Positions 1-9,530 of a stretch of DNA of 64,000 nt are shown here, in pieces. The stretch's first letter is position 1. The number at the start of each line of letters is the position of its first letter. The stretch comes from a virus (lineage: Duplodnaviria > Caudoviricetes): positions 1 to 64,000 of the IMG/VR virus record IMGVR_UViG_3300027278_000001. The stretch is one strand, 5' to 3'. The notes under the pieces were generated by a model, which did not search any database, had not been told where the DNA came from, and saw only the letters and a program-made list of their open reading frames with translations. The position numbers were made by a program, and so were the translations under genes.

Positions 1-353
1 GGGTGAAGCGTCGTAATCGTTCTATGAACGTAACCCTGAGCTTGCATCAATATAGCCAGTCGAACTATGTTCTACAAGCACTTCAACGTGCCGATGAAGA
101 AACAGATAATAATGACTGGGTTGTAAACTGCACGATTAAAGATGCTGGCGGACAGACTATGTTCTTTTCCAGCCAAACTATTATCGCAACAACTCCAGAC
201 GTAACACTCTCCACGACCACTGAACAACGTGACTGGACATTCTTCATGTTCAACACTGACAACTACATTGGTGGTAACACTCCACTGGATGCAGCTGCGG
301 TTCAAGCTGTTAACGCAGTTGGTGGTGAAGTTGATCCACGTTGGATTGCATAA
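1..353 (+). CDS. Tail tube-like protein, C-terminal part (starts before the window)
   Basis: Shares the pattern ...TITLxQxSxSN.VL...IKD..G...F.S with the next two ORFs. It is followed by a terminator and lies upstream of the chaperone and tape measure genes. Confidence 0.7.
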   Translation, partial: VKRRNRSMNVTLSLHQYSQSNYVLQALQRADEETDNNDWVVNCTIKDAGGQTMFFSSQTIIATTPDVTLSTTTEQRDWTFFMFNTDNYIGGNTPLDAAAVQAVNAVGGEVDPRWIA

Positions 354-364
354 TTTAGCCTTAT

Positions 365-390
365 AAGGGCTTGAAATATAGCCCTTTAAC
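365..390 (+). terminator. Intrinsic terminator-like hairpin after the tail tube gene
   Basis: AAGGGCT(365-371)-TGAAATAT-AGCCCTT(380-386), followed by TAACT. Confidence 0.6.
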
Positions 391-404
391 TCTAAGGAGA
401 AGTT

Positions 405-905
405 ATGACTAATTTATTTAATTATTGCCCAGAATCAGTGAACTGCCTTATTGCTGGATTCATTCCAATTGAAGGCTATGTTGACGGTACATTCATCTCT
501 GTTGATAAAGATGAAATGCCTTACAGCAGTGTACGGATGCCTGATGGGACAATAGCAAGAAAGTATAACAACAGTCAAACATACACAATTACAATCACTT
601 TACACAACGGTGCTGAGACTAATAACCTCTTAACTAAGATGTGGCAAGTAGATGAGATTACTCAAAGAGGTAAATTCCCTCTTTTGATTAAAGACCAAAG
701 TGGCAGTGACTTATTGTTCTCCACTGAATCTTGGATTGAAGGGGTTCCTAGTCTTACAAAGAGTAATGCAATTGATAGTCGTGTGTGGGTGATTAAGTCT
801 GCATTTGCCACCATCAACGTAGGTGGTAATGAGGAAGCATCTAGTCTTCTTCAAGACATTACAAACATTGCAGTTTCTGCACTACCGGGATTGGGGCTAT
901 TCTAA
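405..905 (+). CDS. Virion structural protein, tail tube paralogue (DUF3277-like)
   Basis: 166 aa with AAGGAG SD. YCPESV...G.F...TITITLHNG..TN..L...IKDQSG pattern parallels the neighbouring ORFs. Confidence 0.7.
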   Translation: MTNLFNYCPESVNCLIAGFIPIEGYVDGTFISVDKDEMPYSSVRMPDGTIARKYNNSQTYTITITLHNGAETNNLLTKMWQVDEITQRGKFPLLIKDQSGSDLLFSTESWIEGVPSLTKSNAIDSRVWVIKSAFATINVGGNEEASSLLQDITNIAVSALPGLGLF

Positions 906-1412
906 ATGTCTAAAGTATTTTGCTATAGTCCAAAAGAAGTACAGCTCACTTTCGGTGGTTACACAGTTACAGGTTGGCAGAGTATTTCAATTGCAAGAAG
1001 TGTAGATGCTTTCAAGCCCATTAGGGGTATTCGTGGTAAACATACACGAGTAAGAAATGCTGACACAAGTTGCATGATTACTATTCCACTGCTTCAAACT
1101 TCTATGAGCAATGATGTATTCTCACGGATTCATGAGCTTGACCTTCAGAATGGTACAGGGCGTATTTCCTTAACAATCTCCGATTTAAAAGGTACAAGTG
1201 TATTCAGTTCTGTAGAAGCCTATATTGTAGGATACCCTGAAGTTGTCTACTCTGGCGAGTTTGAATATCGTCAGTGGAGAATCTTCTGTCAGACTACTGG
1301 TAGTTACACTGTAGGTGGTAATGCACAAGTAAATAACATATTTAGTGGGATTTTCCAAGCTGCTTCTGGTTTGGCTAACAAAGCTGTTGATGCTGTTAGT
1401 GGTATCTTTTAA
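906..1412 (+). CDS. Virion structural protein, tail tube paralogue (DUF3277-like)
   Basis: 168 aa. YSPKEV.LTFGG...ITIPLLQTSMSND...ISDLKG pattern. Confidence 0.7.
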   Translation: MSKVFCYSPKEVQLTFGGYTVTGWQSISIARSVDAFKPIRGIRGKHTRVRNADTSCMITIPLLQTSMSNDVFSRIHELDLQNGTGRISLTISDLKGTSVFSSVEAYIVGYPEVVYSGEFEYRQWRIFCQTTGSYTVGGNAQVNNIFSGIFQAASGLANKAVDAVSGIF

Positions 1413-1421
1413 CAAAATGAC

Positions 1422-1450
1422 TTGCGTTATAGGTTAGTCGCTGCTAGAAT
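1422..1450 (+). promoter_or_regulatory. Sigma70-type promoter of the first free-standing endonuclease
   Basis: TTGCGT(1422-1427)-17 bp-TAGAAT(1445-1450), with TGn extended -10. Confidence 0.6.
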
Positions 1451-1481
1451 ACCAACTCATTTATACATGTGAGGTGCTCTA

Positions 1482-2252
1482 GTGAATCTAAAAGATTTGG
1501 TCGGTGAAGGCAAATTCCTTCCAACAACAGTAGCAGAGGATACTTTTGGTCGCTGTTACCAGTACCAGAATATTGGGTACATTAAAGATAGCCGTGGAAA
1601 CCGCCAAAAAGTTTGTGTTTGTCGTGGTTGCAGTACAAAAGATCAAATTACTTACATTAAGTATAGATCAAGCCCTACATGTAAATGCACAGATGTGATT
1701 ACCGATCAAATGATCCGATGCATATCAAAAACATCTAGTGAGTATAAGACTTGGCCTAAACTTCAACAGAAGTTACTGCCTTGGATTGCTGTTAAGAATG
1801 CCTTCAAAACTGGTGGGCGGTATGATGTTACTGTCATCTGCCCCGCTTGTTTAAGTGATAGGACTTACCATAAATCTAATCTGAATGTTGGGTATATAGG
1901 GTGTGATTGCAACTCCCGATCAAGGCAGACAGAAGCGTACATTCATGGGGTTTATGATAAAACCAGCCTTATTGCAATTAAGTTTGGTATTACCAGTAAT
2001 TCTGCTATGCGATTGAAGCAACAGAACAGTAAGTGTGTCTATGATGTACAACACCTACTGACTTATACATTCCCAGACGTAGTTTCCTGTAAGAAGGCCG
2101 AAAGGGAATGTAAAACAGAGTTGGTGTGCGGATTAATTAGTAAGGATTATATGTCCGATGGGTGGTCTGAAACCACATCTGCACAAAATATTGAAGGTGT
2201 GGTAAGGATATACGAAAAATATGGTGGTACTCAGATAAATGAACACCATTGA
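1482..2252 (+). CDS. Free-standing homing endonuclease-like protein (C-terminal GIY-YIG/T5orf172-like domain, Cys-rich N-terminus), copy 1
   Basis: AYIHGV...IKFGITSNSAMR...FPDVVSCKKAERECK...DGWSETT and CxxC motifs. GTG start after a GAGG SD. Inserted in the tail operon. Confidence 0.75.
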   Translation: MNLKDLVGEGKFLPTTVAEDTFGRCYQYQNIGYIKDSRGNRQKVCVCRGCSTKDQITYIKYRSSPTCKCTDVITDQMIRCISKTSSEYKTWPKLQQKLLPWIAVKNAFKTGGRYDVTVICPACLSDRTYHKSNLNVGYIGCDCNSRSRQTEAYIHGVYDKTSLIAIKFGITSNSAMRLKQQNSKCVYDVQHLLTYTFPDVVSCKKAERECKTELVCGLISKDYMSDGWSETTSAQNIEGVVRIYEKYGGTQINEHH

Positions 2253-2326
2253 TAACATTTTCTAGGGATGTGGTTGTCATGGAAACAACCTCTGTTCTTT
2301 TACAAACTAAATAATGAGAGATATTT

Positions 2327-2653
2327 ATGAGTAAGCTTAATATGGCAGACATTGGTTTGCCTCAGACCGTACTAACTATTGATAATGTAGAATACCTTGT
2401 CAATGCGATGCCTGCAACCAAAGGTCTTCAGTTTATGGAGGCTCAGCAGGAAAGCATTGAAAGTGGCAAAGCTGACCTTGCCCTGATGAAGCAAGTAATT
2501 TGCTCTTACGTTAATAAAGATGGTATGCAGATTACTGACAAATCGTTTGATATCGTATTTGCCCGTAAGTTTGGTCATCTACGTAACCTCTACCAAGCAG
2601 TTATCGAATGGAACTTCGGTGAGGTTTTCGAACAAGACGGTGGCGAGGAGTAA
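2327..2653 (+). CDS. Tail assembly chaperone
   Basis: 108 aa in the conserved position just upstream of the tape measure gene. Confidence 0.75.
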   Translation: MSKLNMADIGLPQTVLTIDNVEYLVNAMPATKGLQFMEAQQESIESGKADLALMKQVICSYVNKDGMQITDKSFDIVFARKFGHLRNLYQAVIEWNFGEVFEQDGGEE

Positions 2654-2898
2654 CAGAGAACGCCCCGTCTACTAGAGCCTCAAATCCTCTGGAAAAACAG
2701 ATAGAAGATAAGTTTTCTCAGTCGTGGGATATTTATAGGGTAGTTACACATGAGCTTGGTGGTTTATGGATGCTCCCTTTATTTGAGACAACATATTCAA
2801 CCAAGCAGCTCTATGATTTAGTTGAAATGTGCGATGTTCACGACACCCTGAAAAAGATGGCTTATGATAAGGCCAAAGCAGAATCTAACAAGAAATAA
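2623..2898 (+). CDS. -1 frame extension of the tail chaperone (G/GT-type frameshift product)
   Basis: The -1 frame is open from 2623 to TAA at 2896-2898 (...VTENAPSTRASNPLEKQIEDKFSQSWDIYRVVTHELGG...KAESNKK) with no early start codon. Candidate slip site G GTT TTC at 2623-2629. Confidence 0.6.
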   Translation, partial: GFRTRRWRGVTENAPSTRASNPLEKQIEDKFSQSWDIYRVVTHELGGLWMLPLFETTYSTKQLYDLVEMCDVHDTLKKMAYDKAKAESNKK

Positions 2899-2909
2899 AG
2901 GAATCTACA

Positions 2910-4997
2910 GTGTCTACTCCTATCGCACGCTACTTCGCATCGATGTCAATACAGGTGGACAAGAAGAGTGTTCTCGCTGTAGATAATACCTTGAATCGGC
3001 TTGAGAAAAAGCTTAAGAATTTCGGTAAGTTTACAAACAAACATCTTAAACTCAACTTTGATATTAATAAATTCACTGTTGATAAAAGAAAGCTTGGAAT
3101 GGTTCTAGGGGATGCTCTAGATCAAGTAAGTATGAAAACCGTGTTTGAGGTTAGCAGATTCTCTGTAAACCAGAGAAATTTGCAAGCTGCAATGATGCGT
3201 TCTATGCGCGGGGTAGTTGCTCCAGCCCCGAGAATTAGCTCAGTAGCTCACCCTCAACAGGCAGCAGTTTCACGTTCACAAGCTAGCAGAGCTGGTGCTA
3301 ATTACCTTCACGCAGGTGGTGCAGCAGGTGCATTCATGCGTTATGGCGCTGGCAGCCTGCCGCTTGTTGGTGGTGCCTATGGTGTGGGAATGTTGAACCA
3401 AGCTAACCAAGAAATGGTTAGCGCCAACATTTCAGCTGAAGCTGTGCTTGGGTCTAATGCTAAGGTGCTTTTAGACCGACTTGCAGAACGCAGTAACTAC
3501 ATGGGCATTAGTTACAAAGATACTCTACCTCAATTTACAAAATTTATGGCATCAGCTACACCTCTGATGGGTGTTGATGCTTCTCAACAAACCTTTGAAA
3601 GTTTTATGCAGTTCGGTCGCACTCGTGGTGCAGACAAAATTTCCATGAACCGTGCTCTGACAGCTGTTGGTCAGATGTCTGCCAAAGGTCAGGTAATGGC
3701 AGAGGAATTGAAAAACCAGCTTGGGGATGCCTCCGGTTTTGGTGAACTACCTCAATTATTTGCTGAAGCCTACCAGATTAAGTCAGGTGGGGCGCTTAAA
3801 GGCGCGGATGCTAGAGCTGCCCTGATGAAGGCTATGGAACAAGGTCAAGTTAAATCTGCTGACGTACTCCCTATTGTTTCTCAGTTGATGAATGAATTGT
3901 CAAAAGGTGGTATTGAACAAGCCAGGAATAGCTCAGTTGCGCAGCAGATGCGAGCAGAGAACGCTTTAATGGGACGTGGAAGTCTGCTACAGACTTTCTC
4001 TGAACAGGGAGGTGAAAAAGGGTTCGCTAATTTCTGGAAGGAGATGACAACACTTTTCAAAGGTGCAGCTCCATTAGTTAAAGCCTTGGCGGGCACTTTT
4101 GAGGACTTAACTAAGACATTACAAGCCCCTGTGTATTTGTTTGGTGAGTTGAACAAAACACTTTCTGCCGTTTCGCAGATGACAGGCATAGCTGAGAAAA
4201 ACTTCACAAATCTTGCCTTGGTTGGCGGGTTGATGATGACAAAGTGGGGGAGAGTAGGTATCATGTTCTCCACAATGTTAATCGTTTTGGAGGATATAGC
4301 TATGGGTGTTTCCGGTGATGGTGATAGTTTTACAGGACGGTTCATCAAGTGGATGGAAGAGTCTGGTGTTGTAATGGGGCCGTTTGAGAAAGGTCTGTTT
4401 GGTGTATCTGCTGGAATGCTTGCAATTGCAGCTGCTTTGAAAGCTATCAGTGCAGCAACTAGTTTGCCAGGGATTCCTGATTTGTTTGATCCTACAAAAG
4501 ATAAGAATGGTAAGACTGGAGGTTCTAAGTGGGGTAAGACTCTGCTTATGATGACGGCTGCTCTTGGCGCTCCTGCTTTGGTTGCTGGCGTAACTGGAGT
4601 GGGTGTGAACGAACTACTTGATCCGCATATCTCAGCTCGTAACACAGTAGCAGAGCGTTGGAATGATCCAATGTCACCTCTGTATCAGAACAGAGACTTA
4701 CAACTGCAAGCTCAAAATGATATTCGTGACCCCTCCAGTAAATTCTACAACAACTTACCACTGTTTGAACAGATGATGACCCAAAGAGGTCAACAAGAAA
4801 CCTTGCAAAAGATGTTGGAAAATCAGGCTGCTGGAATCACACCACTTCCAGGCATCACGCCAATGTCTAGTAAAGTTGATATGACCATCAAGGTTGATAT
4901 TACAGCCGCATCGGCAGAAGATTTCCAAGAGAAGTTTAAAGAGCGCTTGTCAGCAACAATCCAAGAAACTTTACAACAATACGGTCAAAAGGAATAG
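2910..4997 (+). CDS. Tail tape measure protein
   Basis: 695 aa, Ala/Gly-rich and helical. Contains the QMSAKGQVMAEELKNQLGD tape-measure motif and hydrophobic segments, in the expected position. Confidence 0.9.
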   Translation: MSTPIARYFASMSIQVDKKSVLAVDNTLNRLEKKLKNFGKFTNKHLKLNFDINKFTVDKRKLGMVLGDALDQVSMKTVFEVSRFSVNQRNLQAAMMRSMRGVVAPAPRISSVAHPQQAAVSRSQASRAGANYLHAGGAAGAFMRYGAGSLPLVGGAYGVGMLNQANQEMVSANISAEAVLGSNAKVLLDRLAERSNYMGISYKDTLPQFTKFMASATPLMGVDASQQTFESFMQFGRTRGADKISMNRALTAVGQMSAKGQVMAEELKNQLGDASGFGELPQLFAEAYQIKSGGALKGADARAALMKAMEQGQVKSADVLPIVSQLMNELSKGGIEQARNSSVAQQMRAENALMGRGSLLQTFSEQGGEKGFANFWKEMTTLFKGAAPLVKALAGTFEDLTKTLQAPVYLFGELNKTLSAVSQMTGIAEKNFTNLALVGGLMMTKWGRVGIMFSTMLIVLEDIAMGVSGDGDSFTGRFIKWMEESGVVMGPFEKGLFGVSAGMLAIAAALKAISAATSLPGIPDLFDPTKDKNGKTGGSKWGKTLLMMTAALGAPALVAGVTGVGVNELLDPHISARNTVAERWNDPMSPLYQNRDLQLQAQNDIRDPSSKFYNNLPLFEQMMTQRGQQETLQKMLENQAAGITPLPGITPMSSKVDMTIKVDITAASAEDFQEKFKERLSATIQETLQQYGQKE

Positions 4998-5056
4998 TTG
5001 CATTTTCCTTTAATTTGTGAGATGATTCTTGTCTATATAAATAAGGAGGTGGGATT

Positions 5057-6265
5057 TTGGATTTGATTGAGTTGGTTAATGGTGCTGAGATACAACAAGA
5101 CGAATGGAGCTTAACGGCTCCTACGTTTGGTGAAGACGGCCAATTAAAAGTTGTGGGATTCTTTTGGAACACTCAGAGAAAACTTAAAAGAAAATCTTAC
5201 ATTATTCACTGTCAGAAGTGCAAAGAAGACCCTGAGCTTTTTGGCGAAGGATATTTCAAGACCGATAGGGGAGATATTACCCGTAACATGCTTCCCTGTG
5301 GATGCAGCGGCCACGTCAGATGGTCGGCTGGTCAGTATGGAGTCCTTTGCACTCGCAAGGCTGCCGAACTTGGCTACTCATTCCTAGGGTTTGAAGGTGT
5401 ATGGGGGAACCGCAAAACCAAAGTCAGACTTCTTTGTGAAAAGCATGGTGAGTGGGTTAGTGGCAATGTTGGTAACTTGATTAACAATGGAAGGGGTTGT
5501 CCGGGGTGTGGAAGGAAGACTACTGAAGATGCGAAGCGTGTCCCACTAGAAGCCCGTTTAAAGTCTCTGTCTACCCTTTGTGAAGGTACAAGTTGTAGTT
5601 TAGTTGGGGTGCCAGACGATTATAAGCAAGTCTTTGATCGGATTACCATGACTTGCTCTTTACACGGGGATTGGGAAACTAGTATGAAAAAGGCTACGGA
5701 TGGGTTTTTATGCCCTAAGTGCGGTAGACTTGAGGGGGGTAAAAATAGAACCAAGCCTGATGACGTCATGGTTTCAAAGTTCATGGCCACTACAGCGTTT
5801 ACTGAGGGGACCTTGTTTACTAAGCTGGGATACAAAGACAATGGTAAATCAGAGTGGCAAGTTGACTGTCCAGATTGTGGACAGAGTGGTGTCAGCACCC
5901 TAGATAATCTACAGCAAGGTAAACGGCCCTGCTCATGTTCACCAATGCGTCAACAAGAGTGCTATATAAATCTTGTACGTGATGGTGACAACACTCTAGC
6001 TTTAAAATTTGGCATCGCTAACAACAGCTTATCAAGAATTTACGCACAACATAAGGCTTCCGTTTACGATATTAAATCTTTTTCAATCTACAAGTTTCCA
6101 GATGTAGCTTCCTGTAAGAAGGCAGAAAGAGAGTGTAAGAAGGAGCTTCAAACCTGTGTTATCTCTAAGTCTGAAATGCCTGACGGCTGGACAGAGACAA
6201 CTTACGTTTACAATTTAGATAAAATTAAACAGATATACCAAAAGCATGGAGGTATTGAAGTATGA
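5057..6265 (+). CDS. Free-standing homing endonuclease-like protein, copy 2
   Basis: 402 aa with TTG start after AGGAGG. Multiple CxxC/CxxHGxW modules. C-terminal CYINL...LKFGI...FPDVASCKKAERECK...MPDGWTETT. Confidence 0.75.
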   Translation: MDLIELVNGAEIQQDEWSLTAPTFGEDGQLKVVGFFWNTQRKLKRKSYIIHCQKCKEDPELFGEGYFKTDRGDITRNMLPCGCSGHVRWSAGQYGVLCTRKAAELGYSFLGFEGVWGNRKTKVRLLCEKHGEWVSGNVGNLINNGRGCPGCGRKTTEDAKRVPLEARLKSLSTLCEGTSCSLVGVPDDYKQVFDRITMTCSLHGDWETSMKKATDGFLCPKCGRLEGGKNRTKPDDVMVSKFMATTAFTEGTLFTKLGYKDNGKSEWQVDCPDCGQSGVSTLDNLQQGKRPCSCSPMRQQECYINLVRDGDNTLALKFGIANNSLSRIYAQHKASVYDIKSFSIYKFPDVASCKKAERECKKELQTCVISKSEMPDGWTETTYVYNLDKIKQIYQKHGGIEV

Positions 6266-7104
6266 CCTTCGCGCTCGCGTGGGAGGCTGACGAAGTACAG
6301 AGTGGTGGCTTTCTATATTTTGACGCCATCACGTCTTGGAACCGCAGCTTTACTGGCTCTGTAAGTAAGCATCCTGTAGACCAGGGTGGGTCAATAACTG
6401 ACCACTACATTAATAATAATCCCACATTCACAATGTCAGCAGTGATAAGTGGTACAGACCTCTCCATTTCTACGATTGCACTACAGAGTGAAAATGGCGA
6501 TATTCCCTATAACGCCCGTCCTGCGCCAACTGAAGTCTTAGTTAGTTCTGACGATCAAAGCCTTCTAATGAAGTTTATCCCAAATGTTATTGGGCAATTT
6601 TTGCCTGACACCATTCCAGAAGTTGTGCTTGACGACTTCCGAGGGGATACTACAGAAGAGATTCAGGACATCCTTATAGGATTGCAAAGCGGGGAAGGGT
6701 ACAACCAACTCACGGGGCAATTTGAAACTCTCATACGACCTGTCAACCTTTATGAAACAGATGGATTCCTTACACTAATAAAGAAGCTTCCAGCAGACTC
6801 AACTAAAGTTTTGGTCATCACCTCGATTGCTTTTCGTGAAGACACCGAGAGTGGATTTGCGCTTTATGCTGATATTACTTTTGAACTTTGCCGGTTTGCT
6901 AATCTGAAAAAGGTACAGCTTCCAGCAAACCTTGTACAACCTAGTTTGAAGAATAAGGCTACAGGTAAAACTTCTTTAGGTAAAGGTGACTCTACTGAGA
7001 CTAATGTTGACCAACCAGGGCAATCTCCTGATAAGGAGAGAAAGTCAACGGCTGTGAAAGCTTTTGAATCTGGGCAGTCATTGTTAGATGGTTTAGGAGA
7101 TTAA
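6262..7104 (+). CDS. Tail/baseplate structural protein (distal-tail-like)
   Basis: FDAIT...VSKHPVDQG..ITDH motif typical of the gene after the tape measure in myoviruses. Confidence 0.7.
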   Translation: MTFALAWEADEVQSGGFLYFDAITSWNRSFTGSVSKHPVDQGGSITDHYINNNPTFTMSAVISGTDLSISTIALQSENGDIPYNARPAPTEVLVSSDDQSLLMKFIPNVIGQFLPDTIPEVVLDDFRGDTTEEIQDILIGLQSGEGYNQLTGQFETLIRPVNLYETDGFLTLIKKLPADSTKVLVITSIAFREDTESGFALYADITFELCRFANLKKVQLPANLVQPSLKNKATGKTSLGKGDSTETNVDQPGQSPDKERKSTAVKAFESGQSLLDGLGD

Positions 7105-7437
7105 ATGAGCACACTTTATGTAGACCTCCTGTTAGATGATTCTCCTATCTACGAATACTCTGTGTCTCTGGAAGGTAACTCTTACATCATTGAGATGATC
7201 TATAACGAACGTAGTTCATTGTATTTCATGTCTCTTTACGATGCTGATAGAAACCCTATTGTTCTAAGTGCTGCTTTGGTTCCCGGCTATCCAATCATGT
7301 TTGACTACGCTCTGCCGAATCTTACAGGATTTTTCTTGTTGATTCAGAAAGGAACTCTTGAGTCTGAACCATACAAAGAGTTTCCAGATAAGCTTAAACA
7401 ATATTATGATCTTGTCTACACCTATGTAGAGGAATAA
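7105..7437 (+). CDS. Baseplate protein (plug-like)
   Basis: 110 aa. YSVSLEG..Y..EMIYNERS..YFMSLYD pattern and position. Confidence 0.6.
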   Translation: MSTLYVDLLLDDSPIYEYSVSLEGNSYIIEMIYNERSSLYFMSLYDADRNPIVLSAALVPGYPIMFDYALPNLTGFFLLIQKGTLESEPYKEFPDKLKQYYDLVYTYVEE

Positions 7438-7438
7438 C

Positions 7439-8323
7439 ATGCAGCCACAAATCAACAGAGCGTATGAACTGATCGTTGGTAATGCAGTCTCTGGTGAAGG
7501 GCTTCAGATTAATGATCTTCAAGTTACGTTTGATATTAGTAAGTCTAGCAGTAACAAAGATAAGACAAACAGTGCATCTTTGGAAATCTATAATCTTAGC
7601 AATGACAACTTAAAACTCCTAGACGTAGATTACCCAGCAGCGGTGTTTAGTGCCGGCTATCGTGATATTGGTATTAAGCGTCTGTTTGCTGGGCAAGTAA
7701 CAAACGTCACCACACGTAAGAGTGGTACAGATCGTATTACACAGATTCTTATGGGTGGTGTCTATACAGAGCTTAACCATGAGGTTATGAGCAGTTTAGT
7801 CGCTCCGGGTAGGACAGTCAAGGATGTTGCTGAAGACATTCGTAAGGCGCTCCCTGGAGTCTCTAGGAGTGTGTTCAACGGCACTAACCTGAATAATCCA
7901 GTCATCTATGGGTATCCACTTCAAGGTACACCAAAAGATATGCTTAATGAGCTGTCTGAGAAGTATTCTCTAGATTGGCAAATTGATGATGATGTTCTCT
8001 ATGTTCATGACAATGATCGTGGTAACTCAGAGAAGTTTGAAGATGCTTATGTAGTAAGTAAGTATACAGGCTTGATTGAGAATGCTTATAGAGCCTCTGG
8101 TGATATTAGACGTTCTGAGAAAGACAAGGCTAAGATTCAAGCTATTCAGATGAAAATCCTTCTTAACCCTGACATTGTACCGGGAGACATTATTCTCTTA
8201 GAAGATGTACTTTTCAATGGTTACTACAAGATCACTGATCTACGACATACTGGTGATTGGAGAGGGCAAGCTTGGTACAGTGAGCTTCGTGCTACAGCAA
8301 TTGAGAAGGTGAACCGCCAATGA
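7439..8323 (+). CDS. Baseplate hub protein
   Basis: LQVTFDISKS...LEIYNL...AGY...LFAGQVT...WQIDD...LLNPDI.PG...HTGDWRG..WYSEL pattern. Confidence 0.8.
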   Translation: MQPQINRAYELIVGNAVSGEGLQINDLQVTFDISKSSSNKDKTNSASLEIYNLSNDNLKLLDVDYPAAVFSAGYRDIGIKRLFAGQVTNVTTRKSGTDRITQILMGGVYTELNHEVMSSLVAPGRTVKDVAEDIRKALPGVSRSVFNGTNLNNPVIYGYPLQGTPKDMLNELSEKYSLDWQIDDDVLYVHDNDRGNSEKFEDAYVVSKYTGLIENAYRASGDIRRSEKDKAKIQAIQMKILLNPDIVPGDIILLEDVLFNGYYKITDLRHTGDWRGQAWYSELRATAIEKVNRQ

Positions 8324-9114
8324 GTGATCGAGAAGGCTCGTTACAGGAAGTATTAGTTGCTGCTTTCCAGAATCAAATGTCCAACGTAAACACAGCAATT
8401 CCTTGCATTGTAGTTGCTGTAAGAGACTCTTTAAACGGAGCTATGGTTGACATACAACCAACAGTCAATCAGCGTTTTAAGGACGGTACAACTAAGGAAA
8501 GACCGGTGATCCTTGGTGTTCCTGTATCGTTTCCTGTAAGCACAACAGCAGGTTTTACATTCCCCATTGAAGTTGGCACTCCCGGCATGGCTATCTTCTC
8601 TATGCGTAACTTAGACGCATGGAAGAATGGCTCTGGTAGGCCAACAACACCATTGAACTTTGCTAAGTTTGACAAGGGCGATGCTATATTCTATCCCGGT
8701 ATTCAACCTCCGGGTGTAAACGTAAACAACCCATCTAAGCGTACATGGAATCATTCCACAGAAGATACTGTTCTGGTGAATAATATTGGAACAGGTCAAG
8801 AGTGCGAAGTAAGACTTAAAGCCTCTGGTGATATTGTAATCAATACAAACCAGAACGTAGAAGTTAATTGCAACAACGCTACTATTACAGCTCAAGCTGA
8901 TGTTGATGTTATCTGCCAGAACTTCACTGTAGATGCTGCCGGTTCATTCGATGTTACAGCAGCAACAGGGACTATCAACATTCCTACTACAAGTTGGAAT
9001 GGTGTTATCAACCACACTGGTAATTATGTGATGACAGGTGGCAGTGCAACATTCAACGGTATTATCTTCAATACACACGATCATAATCCAGGCCCAGGCC
9101 CATCCAACCCGTAG
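8320..9114 (+). CDS. Baseplate central spike (phi92 gp138 / P2 gpV-like)
   Basis: Gp138-like N-terminus (TAIPC.V...VDIQP...PV.FP...FTFPI..G..G), beta-helix-like repeats, and a C-terminal HxH iron-binding motif (THDH). Confidence 0.85.
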   Translation: MSDREGSLQEVLVAAFQNQMSNVNTAIPCIVVAVRDSLNGAMVDIQPTVNQRFKDGTTKERPVILGVPVSFPVSTTAGFTFPIEVGTPGMAIFSMRNLDAWKNGSGRPTTPLNFAKFDKGDAIFYPGIQPPGVNVNNPSKRTWNHSTEDTVLVNNIGTGQECEVRLKASGDIVINTNQNVEVNCNNATITAQADVDVICQNFTVDAAGSFDVTAATGTINIPTTSWNGVINHTGNYVMTGGSATFNGIIFNTHDHNPGPGPSNP

Positions 9115-9123
9115 GAGAGTTAC

Positions 9124-9507
9124 GTGGATTTACTTATAGATAACAATCCAATTAGCCCTTCTTATGGTGATCTTACATTTAAGAACGGGCCACTTACACC
9201 AGATTTTACTACACAAAGTAGAACAGAAGTAGTTGCTCAAAGACTGTATATACTCCTCCGCACATTTTCAGGGGAATGGTTCTTAGATACTGAATATGGT
9301 GTTCCATACTGGAGTATCTTAGGGCGTAAAACAAGTAAATCTGCTGTAGACCTTATCTTTCAGAGAGCAATTCTTTCTGAGAATGGAGTAAAAGAGATTA
9401 CGTTCTTTGAGTCCACTTTTGCAAACAGACAATACTCCCTAACTTTTAGGGTGAAAGTTACAACTGGTGATGAGACAGAAAATATCACCATCACCCCACC
9501 AAATTAA
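9124..9507 (+). CDS. Baseplate wedge protein (gp25-like)
   Basis: QRLYILLRTFSGEWFLDTEYGVPYW motif. Confidence 0.8.
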   Translation: MDLLIDNNPISPSYGDLTFKNGPLTPDFTTQSRTEVVAQRLYILLRTFSGEWFLDTEYGVPYWSILGRKTSKSAVDLIFQRAILSENGVKEITFFESTFANRQYSLTFRVKVTTGDETENITITPPN

Positions 9508-9530
9508 GGAGGACGCCTTACGGCATTTAT

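Noticed and set aside
3881-4645. 254-aa antisense ORF in the tape measure gene, and similar long antisense ORFs at 12161-12676, 23875-24696, 29319-29801, 35310-35900 and 59310-59831
   Set aside because: They are shadows of strongly biased sense-strand codons, with no SD, promoter or protein motifs.
5036-5043. TATAAATA, the T4 late-promoter consensus
   Set aside because: It is not repeated upstream of the other structural genes, and no T4-like late sigma factor is visible in the window.
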